Below, in pieces: positions 9,788-19,416 of a stretch of DNA of 64,000 nt (position 1 is its first letter; every line of letters starts with the position of its first letter). Below the pieces are notes generated by a model. The model made no database searches. It was not told the DNA's origin and saw only the letters and a program-made list of their open reading frames with translations. Made by a program: the position numbers and the translations under genes. This DNA is from an uncultured Holophaga sp. GTDB taxonomy: Bacteria; Acidobacteriota; Holophagae; Holophagales; Holophagaceae. Where the stretch lies: the NCBI GenBank assembly GCA_963664825.1, contig OY761614.1, positions 3,410,697-3,474,696 of the forward strand, given 5' to 3'.

Positions 9788-10489
9788 TCAGCCCACGGCA
9801 GCGAAGTCCTCCTTCGTGGCCCCACAGAGGGGACAGGTCCAATCGGAAGGCAGATCCTCGAAGGAGGTGCCCGGGGGGATGTGGGCCACAGGGTCCCCAA
9901 CGCTCGGATCGTAGAGGTAGCCGCAGACGGAGCACTTGAAGCGTCCCGGGGCGGTTTCCTCCCCAGGGGCCGAGTCTCCCCGGTAGGTGGGGGCATTCTT
10001 CGGGGAATGGCCCTTCTTCACGGTCTGGTAGGTGGCGTAGGTGAGGGGCGTGCCTCGCTTCAGCACCTCCGCCCGGGTCAGCTCCACGATGAAGATGGTA
10101 TGGGTTCCGCCATCGGCGCTGGCGACCACTCGGCCCTCCAGCACGGACAGGGCGCTCTCCGTCACAAGGGGACATCCGTTGGCAGTGAGGGTGTGCGGGG
10201 TCTGGGCGAACTTATCCACATCCCGACCCGACTTGAAGCCGAAGAGCCCGATGAGGCTCATGGAGGCCTGCTCCTCCAGGATGGAGATGGCCAGCACACC
10301 GCTCTCCTGGACGTAGGCGTGGGTGAGGTTGAGTTTGTTGAGGCTCACCGCCACCCTGGGAGGCTCTGAACTCACCTGGAAGACCGTGTTCACGATCTGT
10401 CCGTTGAACCTTCCGTCGGAAACCGAGGTGACGATGTAGAGGCCGTAGCTGATATCCCACAGGGCCTTGGAATCGATGGAAACATCCAT
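9788..10489 (-). CDS. Flavin reductase-rubredoxin fusion (high-molecular-weight rubredoxin type)
   Basis: N-terminal flavin reductase ([19 protein letters not shown]) plus C-terminal [10 protein letters not shown]...WTCPLCGA. Confidence 0.93.
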   Translation of the reverse strand: MDVSIDSKALWDISYGLYIVTSVSDGRFNGQIVNTVFQVSSEPPRVAVSLNKLNLTHAYVQESGVLAISILEEQASMSLIGLFGFKSGRDVDKFAQTPHTLTANGCPLVTESALSVLEGRVVASADGGTHTIFIVELTRAEVLKRGTPLTYATYQTVKKGHSPKNAPTYRGDSAPGEETAPGRFKCSVCGYLYDPSVGDPVAHIPPGTSFEDLPSDWTCPLCGATKEDFAAVG

Positions 10490-10578
10490 GGGGTCTCCTT
10501 TCCCTGGCAGAGGACGGCGGCATCCGTAGGCCCCGGGGAGGAGGCGGGTTGGACCCGCCTCCCCGGTCCAAGGGTGGG

Positions 10579-11130
10579 CTACTGGTTGAAATACCTCTTC
10601 AGCAGGCCCTGGAAGGCGCTGCCGTGGCGGGCCTCATCCTTGCACATCTCGTGGACCGTGTCGTGAATGGCATCGTAGCCCAACTCTTTGGCACGCTTGG
10701 CCAGCTTGAGCTTGCCCTCGGTGGCGCCCCACTCCGCATCGGCCCGAAGGGTGAGGTTCTTGGCCGTGTCTGCGAAGACCACCTCGCCCAGCAGTTCGGC
10801 GAAGCGAGCGGCGTGATCGGCCTCCTCGAAGGCGATGCGCTTGTAGGCCTCGGCCACCTCGGGATAGCCCTCGCGATCGGCCTGGCGCGCCATGGCCAGG
10901 TACATACCCACCTCGGTGCACTCGCCCATGAAGTTGTCCTTGAGGCCCTGAACCACCTCGGCGTCGAGGCCCTGGGCCACGCCGATGCGATGTTCGTCGG
11001 CCCATACCCTGGATGTGGCCGAGGCCTTCAGCGTGAACTTCTCGGGACCTGCGCCGCACTGGGGGCACTTCGCGGGAGGCTCTTCGCCGACGTGAGTGTA
11101 GCCGCAGACGGAGCAGATGTAGGTCTTCAT
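10579..11130 (-). CDS. Reverse rubrerythrin (NADH peroxidase)
   Basis: N-terminal CSVCGY..CPQC followed by diiron domain ([19 protein letters not shown]). Confidence 0.93.
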   Translation of the reverse strand: MKTYICSVCGYTHVGEEPPAKCPQCGAGPEKFTLKASATSRVWADEHRIGVAQGLDAEVVQGLKDNFMGECTEVGMYLAMARQADREGYPEVAEAYKRIAFEEADHAARFAELLGEVVFADTAKNLTLRADAEWGATEGKLKLAKRAKELGYDAIHDTVHEMCKDEARHGSAFQGLLKRYFNQ

Positions 11131-11286
11131 GGATCCTCCTGAAGGGTGGGGTTAGAACAGGCCTCGCGAGAGGCCCATGAACATATGCTGCCAGAGCCGC
11201 CGTGAACGTTACGGATTGTTTTCGGCTGAGTTCCCGTTCCGGCGGAAGGCCCCGGAGCCCTGGACTGAATGCGGATCGCCCCTGTT

Positions 11287-12015
11287 TCAGCCCAGTCCCA
11301 GGCGCTTCTTCAGGGCTGGGGAGGCCCCGCGGCTGATCTCGAGTTCCTGGCCCCCGGCGAGGCGGGCCATGAGGCGGCCGAATTCCCCGGGGCGCACGCC
11401 CATGACGGCCTCGGGGCGCAGGAGGAGATGGCGGTGCCCTCGGATGAGGCCGCGGCCCGCCAGGGCGATCTCGGCCTCGGCCAGGCTCTTCCAGAGGGTG
11501 CGGAAGCGCTCCCCGGCATGGGCCCAGACAATTCCATCCTCGAAGGTGAAGTGGGTCGTGCGGGCCAGATCCAGGAAGATGACGCCCTCCCCGGCCTTGG
11601 CGGGGTACCGGAAGGGCCCCGCAGGCTTGGGCGCCTCGGGGCCACCATGGGCTTCGCTGGGCGTGCGCAGCCTCTGAAGGGTCTTCTCCAGACGATCGGC
11701 GGTGACGGGTTTCAGCAGGTAGTCCACCACGGCCTGCTCGAAGGCCCGGACGGCATGTTCGGCGAAGGCCGTGACGAAGACGATGGGAATAGACCTGGGC
11801 AGGTCCTCCACCACATCCATGCCCGTGAGCCCTGGCATCTGGATATCCAGGAACAGGGCATCGGCCTCCCCCCCCTTCTCCAGCCACTCCAGCACGGAGG
11901 GGCCATCCTCCAGTTCGGCCACCACCTGGCAGCCCGCCTCGCCCAGCAGGCGCACCAGCCGCCTGCGGTTGTAGGGTTCGTCCTCGGCCACCAGGATGCG
12001 CAGCGCTGCATTCAT
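11287..12015 (-). CDS. LytTR-family response regulator
   Basis: Receiver (AEDE, FLDIQMPG, VFVTAF, DYLLKP) plus LytTR domain (RGHR, LEISR). Confidence 0.93.
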   Translation of the reverse strand: MNAALRILVAEDEPYNRRRLVRLLGEAGCQVVAELEDGPSVLEWLEKGGEADALFLDIQMPGLTGMDVVEDLPRSIPIVFVTAFAEHAVRAFEQAVVDYLLKPVTADRLEKTLQRLRTPSEAHGGPEAPKPAGPFRYPAKAGEGVIFLDLARTTHFTFEDGIVWAHAGERFRTLWKSLAEAEIALAGRGLIRGHRHLLLRPEAVMGVRPGEFGRLMARLAGGQELEISRGASPALKKRLGLG

Positions 12016-13136
12016 GCCTGGCCCCTTTTCTGAAGACAGAGTTCAGCCACGGTCCATTCGCCTTCCCGATGGAGCCGCAAGGCGTCCGGGCGCTCCCCCA
12101 GGAGGGATAGCCGCTCCCGCAGGTTGCTGAGGCCGATGCCTTCGGCGGTACCCTCCAGGAGGAGCTCACCCGTATTGGCCACGCCCAGGTGCAGCCGCTC
12201 TCCCTCGGCCCGGAGGAAGATCCGGATATCGCCACCGCCCCGGTGGGGGGCAATGCCATGTTTGATGGCGTTCTCCACCAGCGGCTGCAGGAGCAGGGGT
12301 GGCAGTTCCAGACCCTCGAGGGCGTCATCCCAGTCCCAAGCCACCCTCAACCGGGCCCCCAGGCGGATGTGCTCCAGGGCCAGATACTGTTCCAGGAGCT
12401 TGCGTTCGGAAGCCAGGGGAGCCTGGGTGCGCGAACCGTTATCCAAGAGCCCCCGCAGGAGCCCCGCGAGGCTCACAAGCGCCTCTTCGGCCGCCCCAGC
12501 ATCCTCCCGCACCAGTTCCGTGAGCCCTCCGATGGCGTTGAAGAGCACATGGGGATTCATCTGGGCCTGGAGGGCCCGGGCCTTCGCGGCGGCGGCGGCC
12601 CTAACGGCGTGGGATTCCTTCTGTTCGGCCCGTTCCTTTTCCGCCAGAATCCAGCCCAGGAAGATGGCGAAACTGAGATTGGTGATGCCGATGGTCACCA
12701 TCCGGGGATGGAGGAAACGGTGATGGGGCGGGGGTTCTGGAGGTTCCACCCGCGGGGGGCGCCCCCCGCGAAGCTGGGGCTCCATCCCCGGTTCGGGCCC
12801 TCGGCGCCCCCCTTGGTGGTTGCCCCCGTGGCTCATCCCAAGGGCGAAGGAGAGCCCCACCACCCACACCAGGTTCCAGGGGATGCCCTGAAGCATGCCC
12901 CGCAGGGGCCCGGCCAGGGGCCGATGGTCTCCGGTCCACTGCCAGGGCACGGGGGAAAGGGCCAGGAAGGCGAAGGGCAGCGCGAAGGGATAGATGAATT
13001 CAGGCCAGCGGTCCGGAGGGGTGCCGAAACCCCAGCGGGTGAGGCTCCACACCAGACCGAAGGCCAGGACCGCGCCCCAGGTTGCGGGGCGCCGGGTCCG
13101 GGTCCAGGTGGTGGTGGCCAGTTCGGAAATGCGCAT
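12012..13136 (-). CDS. LytS/YehU-type sensor histidine kinase
   Basis: TM helices; LQAQMNPHVLFN, QPLVENAIKHG, GIGLSNLRERL. Confidence 0.93.
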   Translation of the reverse strand: MRISELATTTWTRTRRPATWGAVLAFGLVWSLTRWGFGTPPDRWPEFIYPFALPFAFLALSPVPWQWTGDHRPLAGPLRGMLQGIPWNLVWVVGLSFALGMSHGGNHQGGRRGPEPGMEPQLRGGRPPRVEPPEPPPHHRFLHPRMVTIGITNLSFAIFLGWILAEKERAEQKESHAVRAAAAAKARALQAQMNPHVLFNAIGGLTELVREDAGAAEEALVSLAGLLRGLLDNGSRTQAPLASERKLLEQYLALEHIRLGARLRVAWDWDDALEGLELPPLLLQPLVENAIKHGIAPHRGGGDIRIFLRAEGERLHLGVANTGELLLEGTAEGIGLSNLRERLSLLGERPDALRLHREGEWTVAELCLQKRGQA

Positions 13137-13153
13137 GGAAAGTTAGTCTAGCT

Positions 13154-13690
13154 TCACTTGGCTTCGGGAGCGGGGCCCTCGGGAGGAGCCTCGTGTCCGG
13201 GGCCTCCGTCGTGCCCGGGACCTCGGCCATGCCTGAAGCCTTCGCCGCGCCGGGGCATGCCCTTGGGGCCTTCCTTGCGCAGCTTCTCGGCCTTGGCCTT
13301 CTGCTCGGGCGTGAGGAGGGCCAGGGATTCCTGCATCATGCCTCGGCGGTCCAGGGCCAATTCGAACTGGGCCTGGGTGGCCTTCTCATGCAGGGTCTTC
13401 AGTTGGTCGGCGGAAGTGGCGGGATCCAGCATGGCCTCGTGGAAGGCCTTCATGGCCGCCATCGCCGCCTCGTGCTTGCCCTTCATGGCCTCGCGATGGG
13501 TGTCGGCGAGGGCCTTCAGGCTCTTCTTCTGGGCCTCCGTGAGATTCAAGCCCCGCATCAGCAGGGGCCCGCCCTCGGGGTGGAATCCCCTCTCGCCGGG
13601 ACGGGGACCGCCCTGGCAGTGGCACTGGGCCGCCAGAGGGGCGGCGAACATCGCCACCAGGGTGAGGGGGAGTGCGCTTCGGATGAACAT
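13154..13690 (-). CDS. Spy/CpxP-family periplasmic chaperone
   Basis: Signal peptide; two LTxxQ motifs (LNLTEAQ, LLTPEQ); GGAGG RBS. Confidence 0.88.
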   Translation of the reverse strand: MFIRSALPLTLVAMFAAPLAAQCHCQGGPRPGERGFHPEGGPLLMRGLNLTEAQKKSLKALADTHREAMKGKHEAAMAAMKAFHEAMLDPATSADQLKTLHEKATQAQFELALDRRGMMQESLALLTPEQKAKAEKLRKEGPKGMPRRGEGFRHGRGPGHDGGPGHEAPPEGPAPEAK

Positions 13691-13772
13691 GTCAGCCTCC
13701 GGAATCGCGTGGCGGGGGAATCCCGCTGCACAACCCAGTAGATGCCCTGGGCCGGGAAAAGGCTTATCCAAT

Positions 13773-13804
13773 TCCTGAACAGCCATTCCGGGGTCCTGAA
13801 CGAC
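13773..13804 (-). promoter_or_regulatory. Candidate LytTR-binding direct repeat
   Basis: GTTCAGGA twice with a 21-bp period (+ strand TCCTGAAC at 13773 and 13794) upstream of the spy-HK-LytTR operon. Confidence 0.6.
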
Positions 13805-13886
13805 AGAAGCCCGGCCTCCGCGTGCAACCCTCCCATGAGGGGAGAAATGCTCCCATAATCGGAAGGAACCCCAAGCCGGAGACACC

Positions 13887-15209
13887 ATGGATCTCAAAGT
13901 TCTCTTCAATGCCCACCTTCACGAGCGGCTCGCCTACGCCGAAAAGGCCCTGGCAACCCATGGATTCGAGGCCCTCGTCATCTCCAGCGGCGAAGCCCAT
14001 ACCTACTTCGCCGACGACGAGGACGCGCCCTTCCGGGCCACGCCCCACTTCCGGCACTACTGCCCCCTCACGGGACCCCACCACGTGCTGGTGATCCGCC
14101 CCGGCCGAAAGCCCCTGCTGATCCGCTATGCCCCCGAGGACTACTGGTACGAACAGCTGAGCCTGGAGACCATCTGGAAGGGCAGCCCCTTCTGGCTGGA
14201 AGGCTTCGAGCTCATCGAGGCCCCGAGCCTGGAGGCCGTCTGGGAGGCCGTCGGCCGCCCCGCCAAGGCCGCCTACATCGGCAACGAGACGGGCCTAGCC
14301 GAAGCCGCCGGATTGAAGGCCAACCCCGCCCAGCTCATGGCCTTCCTGGACTGGGGCCGCGCCTACAAGAGCGACTACGAGATCCAGTGCCTCGAGGAGG
14401 CCACGGTGCTCGGCGCCAAGGGCCATCTGGCGGGCCGAAAGGCCTTCCTGGCCGGCGCTTCCGAGCTGGAGATCCATCAGGCCTTCACCCAGGCCGTGGG
14501 CTGCCTGGACCACGAACTGGCCTTTTCCTCCATCGTGGCCCTCAACGAGAAGGGCGCCACCCTCCACTACGAGAGCAAGCGGAGCCTCAAGCACGGCCAT
14601 TCCATGGTCCTGGACTGCGGCGCCCGGGTGCGGGACTACGCCTCCGATATCACCCGCACCGTGACCTCCCCCAGCTGCGATGGCCGCTTCGTGGCCCTGG
14701 TGAAGGGCGTGGAAAAGCTCCAACTGGAACTCTGCGCAGGGGTCAAACCCGGGCTCCCCTTCGGCGAGCTCCATAACCAGGCCCACCTGAAGATCGCCAC
14801 CCTGCTCCAGGAAGCGGGCATCCTCAAGGTCCATCCCGAAGAGGCCGTGGCCAAGGGATTCTCCCGGCCCTTCCTGCCCCACGGCCTGGGTCACCATCTG
14901 GGCATCCAGGTCCATGATGTCGGCGGCAGATTGGCCAATGCCGAAGGCACCTTCCAGGCTCCCCCGCCGGAATATCCCAGCCTGCGCACCACGCGCACCC
15001 TGGAACCCCGACAGGTGCTCACCATCGAGCCGGGCCTCTACTTCATCCCCATGCTCCTGCGGCCCTACCGCGAAGGGGCCTACCAGAACCGCTTCGACTG
15101 GAAGCTCATCGACGAACTGAGCCCCATGGGCGGCATCCGCATCGAAGACAATATGCTGGTCACCCCAGGCGCACCGCGGAACCTCACCCGCAAGCACCTG
15201 CCGGACTGA
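13887..15209 (+). CDS. pepQ: Xaa-Pro dipeptidase (prolidase)
   Basis: YASDITRT, PHGLGHHLGIQVHDVG, TIEPGLYF, GGIRIEDN. Confidence 0.93.
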   Translation: MDLKVLFNAHLHERLAYAEKALATHGFEALVISSGEAHTYFADDEDAPFRATPHFRHYCPLTGPHHVLVIRPGRKPLLIRYAPEDYWYEQLSLETIWKGSPFWLEGFELIEAPSLEAVWEAVGRPAKAAYIGNETGLAEAAGLKANPAQLMAFLDWGRAYKSDYEIQCLEEATVLGAKGHLAGRKAFLAGASELEIHQAFTQAVGCLDHELAFSSIVALNEKGATLHYESKRSLKHGHSMVLDCGARVRDYASDITRTVTSPSCDGRFVALVKGVEKLQLELCAGVKPGLPFGELHNQAHLKIATLLQEAGILKVHPEEAVAKGFSRPFLPHGLGHHLGIQVHDVGGRLANAEGTFQAPPPEYPSLRTTRTLEPRQVLTIEPGLYFIPMLLRPYREGAYQNRFDWKLIDELSPMGGIRIEDNMLVTPGAPRNLTRKHLPD

Positions 15210-15223
15210 CGCACCCCAAGGCA

Positions 15224-15254
15224 GCGGGAAAGGGCTCCAGGAGCCCCTTCCCGC
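15224..15254. repeat. Intergenic hairpin (REP-like or terminator)
   Basis: GCGGGAAAGGGCTCC-A-GGAGCCCCTTCCCGC, one mismatch. Confidence 0.5.
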
Positions 15255-15339
15255 AGTTCCCTGACGGGCTCAACAGCCCCCCGAGGCCTGGGAGGATAGC
15301 CTCGCGTTGCGACATACTAAGGGCTCCCTTGGAGTCCCC

Positions 15340-17496
15340 ATGCGCTTGGCCCCCTACCTGATTCCCGCCCTGGTGGCCTCCCCGTTGCTGGCCCAGGGGC
15401 TCAGCCTGGAGAGCCTCTTCCACCCGCAGCTGAAGGTGAATTACCTGGCGGAGCCCGCCTCCCAGCTCTCATGGCTTCCGGACGGACAACTGCTGGAGAA
15501 TCGCCAAGGGGAGCTCTCCCGCCGGGATCCCCGGACCTGGAAGGCCGAGCCCTTCCTTTCGTCCTGCGCGCTCAAAGAAGCCCTCCTGAAGGCCGGCATC
15601 ACCGAAGCTGCGGCCCAGACGGCGTCCACAAAGGGTCCGACCCTCTGGACGAAGGCCATGGACGCCTTCCTGGTGAATCTCCAGGGGGACTTCTTCTATG
15701 TGAAGCTGGACGGGCTCACCCTGCGCCGCCTGAGCTCCGACGGCGCCCCCAAGGACGCGCCCACCTTCAGCCCGGATGGAACCCGGCTCGCCTACCTACG
15801 GGGCAACGATCTCTACGCCGTCGAACTCGCCACCGCCCGGGAGACCCGCCTCACCCAAGGAGGCAGCGAGACGCGCCTCAATGGCCGCCTGGATTGGGTC
15901 TACGACGAGGAGATCTACGGCCGGGGCGGCCACAAGGCCTTCTGGTGGTCGCCGGATTCCCGCCGCCTGGCCTACCTCAGCCTGGATGTGAGCCGGGAGC
16001 CCGTCCACATGCTGCTCGATGATCGCGCCGACCCTCAGAAGCAGCTGCCCCATCGCTATCCCCAACCGGGGGACCCCAATGCCGAATTGAAACTGGGGGT
16101 GGTGGACCTGCAGGGACACACCACTTGGATGGAGGAACCCCAGGTCGGCCAGGAGAAGCTGATCGTGCAGGTGGGATGGGATCCCCAGGGCCGGCTGCTG
16201 GCCAGCTACCAGGACCGCATCCAGACCTGGCTGGAGCTGCGGCGCTTCCAGGGCACCTCCAGCAGGCTCCTGCTGCGGGAGCAGAGCCCGGCCTGGCAGG
16301 ACCGCCTGCCCCTGCCCTGTTTCCTGAAGGACGGGAGTTTCCTCTGGCTCTCCGATCGCACGGGCTTTCGCCATCTCTACCACTGCGACGCCGAAGGCCG
16401 GGTGCTGGGCGCACTCACCGCCGGTGCCTGGGATGTGCGAACGCTGCACGGCGTCGATGAAGTCAGGGGCCAGGTCTTTTTCAGCGGCACGGAGCGCAGC
16501 CCCATCGGCCTGGACGCCTATTCCGTGGCCCTAAGCGGCCAGGGACCCAACACCCAGCTCAAGCGCCTCACCCAAGAGGCCGGGACCCACGGTGTCCAGT
16601 TCAACCCCAGGCACACGGCCTTCCTGGATCGCTGGAGCGATGCCAATACCCCGGCCCGCCTTTCCCTTTGCGAGACCTCCGCCAAGCCTCGCCTCATCGA
16701 GGATGCCGCGACCGAAGCCCTCAAGGCCCTCAAGCTCGGCACCGTGAAGTTCCAGCAGGTGAAGAACCGGGAGGGTTTCCCCATGGAATCCATGCTGATC
16801 CTGCCTCCGGATTTCGACCCTGCCAAGAAATACCCCGTCTTCCAGGAGATCTATGGCGGCCCCCACGCGCCCACCGTGCGCAATGCCTGGGGCCGCACCC
16901 AGCTCTGGTGGCACTTCCTCGCCCAGCAGGGCTATGTCGTCTGGGTCTGCGATAACCGCAGCGCCTCCAACAAGGGCCCGGCCAGTGCCTATGGTGCCTA
17001 CAAGCGCCTGGGCCAGACCGAACTGAAGGACCAGCTCGATGGCCTGGCCTGGCTCCAGCAGCAGGGCTGGGCCGATATGCAGCGCGTGGCCATCGAGGGC
17101 TGGAGCTACGGCGGATTCATGAGCGCCTACGCCCTCACCCACAGCCAGGCCTGGAAGATCGGCATCGCAGGGGCGCCCGTGACGGACTACCGCCTCTACG
17201 ACAGCCTCTACACTGAGCGCTACATGGGCCTGCCCAAGGACAACCCCGAGGGCTACGAAGGCACGAGCCTGATGAAGGCGGCCAAGAATCTGGAGGGCCG
17301 CCTGCTGCTCTTCCACGGCACCCTCGATGACAACGTGCATCCCCAAAACACCCTCCAGTTCATCGACGCCCTCCAGACCGCGGGCAAGGACTTCGAACTG
17401 GTGCTCCTCCCCGGCAGCGGCCATGGCCCCCGCACCCCCGAGCAGATCTGGTTCCGCTATTGGAAGACCTGGCGGTTCCTGAAAGGAAACCTATAG
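15340..17496 (+). CDS. S9B dipeptidyl peptidase IV-family peptidase, exported
   Basis: Signal peptide; DWVYDEE, GWSYGG, HGTLDDNVH catalytic motifs. Confidence 0.95.
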   Translation: MRLAPYLIPALVASPLLAQGLSLESLFHPQLKVNYLAEPASQLSWLPDGQLLENRQGELSRRDPRTWKAEPFLSSCALKEALLKAGITEAAAQTASTKGPTLWTKAMDAFLVNLQGDFFYVKLDGLTLRRLSSDGAPKDAPTFSPDGTRLAYLRGNDLYAVELATARETRLTQGGSETRLNGRLDWVYDEEIYGRGGHKAFWWSPDSRRLAYLSLDVSREPVHMLLDDRADPQKQLPHRYPQPGDPNAELKLGVVDLQGHTTWMEEPQVGQEKLIVQVGWDPQGRLLASYQDRIQTWLELRRFQGTSSRLLLREQSPAWQDRLPLPCFLKDGSFLWLSDRTGFRHLYHCDAEGRVLGALTAGAWDVRTLHGVDEVRGQVFFSGTERSPIGLDAYSVALSGQGPNTQLKRLTQEAGTHGVQFNPRHTAFLDRWSDANTPARLSLCETSAKPRLIEDAATEALKALKLGTVKFQQVKNREGFPMESMLILPPDFDPAKKYPVFQEIYGGPHAPTVRNAWGRTQLWWHFLAQQGYVVWVCDNRSASNKGPASAYGAYKRLGQTELKDQLDGLAWLQQQGWADMQRVAIEGWSYGGFMSAYALTHSQAWKIGIAGAPVTDYRLYDSLYTERYMGLPKDNPEGYEGTSLMKAAKNLEGRLLLFHGTLDDNVHPQNTLQFIDALQTAGKDFELVLLPGSGHGPRTPEQIWFRYWKTWRFLKGNL

Positions 17497-17543
17497 CGCC
17501 CCACCCCGCTCTGGGATGGCGGGAGAGGGCTATGCTCTTGGCC

Positions 17544-17939
17544 ATGACAGATTCGAGTCTTGATTCGAGCACCCGAGGTCGCCGAGCCCGCGCCGCTGGC
17601 CGCCGGGCCGAGCGGGCCACCCTGTGGCTGCTGTGGCTGCGGGGCTGGGACCTGGTGGCCGAGAACCTCCAGCTGGGCCGCTTCGAGCTGGACCTGCTCA
17701 TGACCCGGGGCCTGGAGCTGCGCCTATTGGAAGTGAAGGCGCGGCGCCCCGGCGCGTGGACGGCAGCCGACACGGCCCTCTCCTATGAGCAGCGCCGGAG
17801 GCTCCAACTCGCCCTGCGCGCCTACCTGGAGAGCGTTCCCTGGCCGGGCCAGATCACCTTCCAGAGGGTTAGCTGGGCGGGTTGGAGGTGGTGCTTCCAC
17901 ATCCCTGAGCGATGGGACAGCTTGAAGATCCCGCGCTGA
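17544..17939 (+). CDS. YraN (UPF0102) family protein
   Basis: GRRAE...ELDLL...LEVKAR PD-(D/E)xK-like pattern; start could be 17532. Confidence 0.85.
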   Translation: MTDSSLDSSTRGRRARAAGRRAERATLWLLWLRGWDLVAENLQLGRFELDLLMTRGLELRLLEVKARRPGAWTAADTALSYEQRRRLQLALRAYLESVPWPGQITFQRVSWAGWRWCFHIPERWDSLKIPR

Positions 17940-17981
17940 CCCCTCGCCCGGGTCCCTGCATGAGGTGAATGGGCGAGGACG

Positions 17982-18068
17982 TTGACGGTGAGTGCCTGGT
18001 GCTGGGAGAATGGATCCACCGAGTTGCAGTGATGCGTAAATCCAGGGCACTGGATTTACGCATTTTTT
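17982..18068 (+). promoter_or_regulatory. Sigma70-type promoter followed by a leader with an intrinsic terminator (candidate riboswitch/attenuator)
   Basis: TTGACG-N18-GAGAAT, then perfect 14-bp hairpin ATGCGTAAATCCAG/CTGGATTTACGCAT plus T-tract ~50 nt before the next start codon. Confidence 0.65.
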
Positions 18069-18118
18069 CTATTCGAGGGCCTTTTCCAGAAGGCTCACGA
18101 GATCTCCCGAGGACGCCC

Positions 18119-18601
18119 ATGCCAAGGACCACATTCCAGAAGGCCATATTCGGAATCCTGATGGCGCTGGCCATGGTCTATGGCATGGAGGTCTACAACG
18201 CCGCCCTCCGCCACGGCGGAGTCTCCAATTCCAGCTTCGCGATCCCCATCCTCGAAATGGTGTTGCTCAGCGCCATCGTGATCGCGCTGGAGACCCTTTT
18301 CGCTCGTCCCCTGGCGAAGAGACTGGCACTCAAGCTCGTGGACCCCCACAAAGACAGACCCATCGCGGTGATCCTGGTATTTTCTGTTCTCACCGTCTGC
18401 TGCATGTGCCCGATGATGAGCCTCGTGGCCGTCCTCCTGTTCAAGAGATCCGAAGGCGAATGGATCGCCAAATGGATTCAGACCGTCGCGCTCAACTTCC
18501 CCATGGCCCTTTGCTGGCAGTTGTTCATCGCCGGTCCCCTCGTGCGCCTGGTCTTCAGGAAGATGTTTGCAGTGCAGCTTCAGCCATCCATCCCGGCATG
18601 A
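18119..18601 (+). CDS. DUF2798-like membrane protein
   Basis: Four hydrophobic helices; MVYGMEVYN, MCPMMS, NFPMALCWQLFIAGPLVR. Confidence 0.8.
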   Translation: MPRTTFQKAIFGILMALAMVYGMEVYNAALRHGGVSNSSFAIPILEMVLLSAIVIALETLFARPLAKRLALKLVDPHKDRPIAVILVFSVLTVCCMCPMMSLVAVLLFKRSEGEWIAKWIQTVALNFPMALCWQLFIAGPLVRLVFRKMFAVQLQPSIPA

Positions 18602-18848
18602 ATCTCATGGCTCAAAAAGGGGGTCTTCGCGTTTTTCCGGGGACACCTCAGCCAGGGCTGGACGGAAAGGAATGGACGGGCATGGGGATGAAAGCGCTCC
18701 TGGGCACGGCCCTGGCGGGGGCGAAGAACCGGGTTTTCGCACAGTGATCAACCCAGATGCACGCCAGCTGGCCCTGGCCCTGAACGATCCCACTGTTGAA
18801 CTCCCCCGCCCTTCCATGCCAGGATTCCCCTCCATCCAAGGAGCGACC

Positions 18849-19358
18849 ATGCCCATGCGCGAAATCCTGCTGCCCGAATTCGATCAGGAAATGGCCACCA
18901 CACGGCGATTGCTGGAGCGCGTCCCGGAGGATCGCCTGGACTGGACGCCTCATGCCAAGTCCTTCACCCTCCAGGCTCTGCTCAGCCATGTGGTGGACCT
19001 CCCCGGCTGGATCCCCATGACCCTGGACCAGGACGCGCTGGACGTGGCCCCCGAGGGCCAGGAACCCTGGAAGACGCCCCAGATGGAGACCCAGGCAGCC
19101 TGGCTGGCAGCCTTCGACGCCAACGTCGCTGCGGGCCGCGCCAGCCTTGAGCAGCTCGAGGATGCCCGATTGGCCGATATCTGGGCCATGAAGGCCGGTG
19201 CCCGGGTCCTCTTCAGCGCCCCCAAGGGCGCCGTACTGCGGGGCTTCGTCTTCAATCACCTGGTCCATCACCGGGCCCAGCTGGGCGTCTATCTGCGCCT
19301 CCTGGACGTGCCCCTGCCGGGTTCCTACGGACCTACCGCCGACGAACGGATGATGTGA
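18849..19358 (+). CDS. DinB-family protein
   Basis: EMATTRRLLERVP, WTPHAKS, NHLVHHRAQLGVYLR, YGPTAD. Confidence 0.9.
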   Translation: MPMREILLPEFDQEMATTRRLLERVPEDRLDWTPHAKSFTLQALLSHVVDLPGWIPMTLDQDALDVAPEGQEPWKTPQMETQAAWLAAFDANVAAGRASLEQLEDARLADIWAMKAGARVLFSAPKGAVLRGFVFNHLVHHRAQLGVYLRLLDVPLPGSYGPTADERMM

Positions 19359-19416
19359 ACCCAGAGCCCTGGGCTGCGAGGGACTGAAGGTGCCCCCCGG
19401 CGTTCAGTCGGGGGGC

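Noticed and set aside
10540..10562. Hairpin GGAGGCGGGT/ACCCGCCTCC between rubrerythrin and flavin reductase genes
   Set aside because: Ordinary intergenic stem without a U-tract or a second copy.
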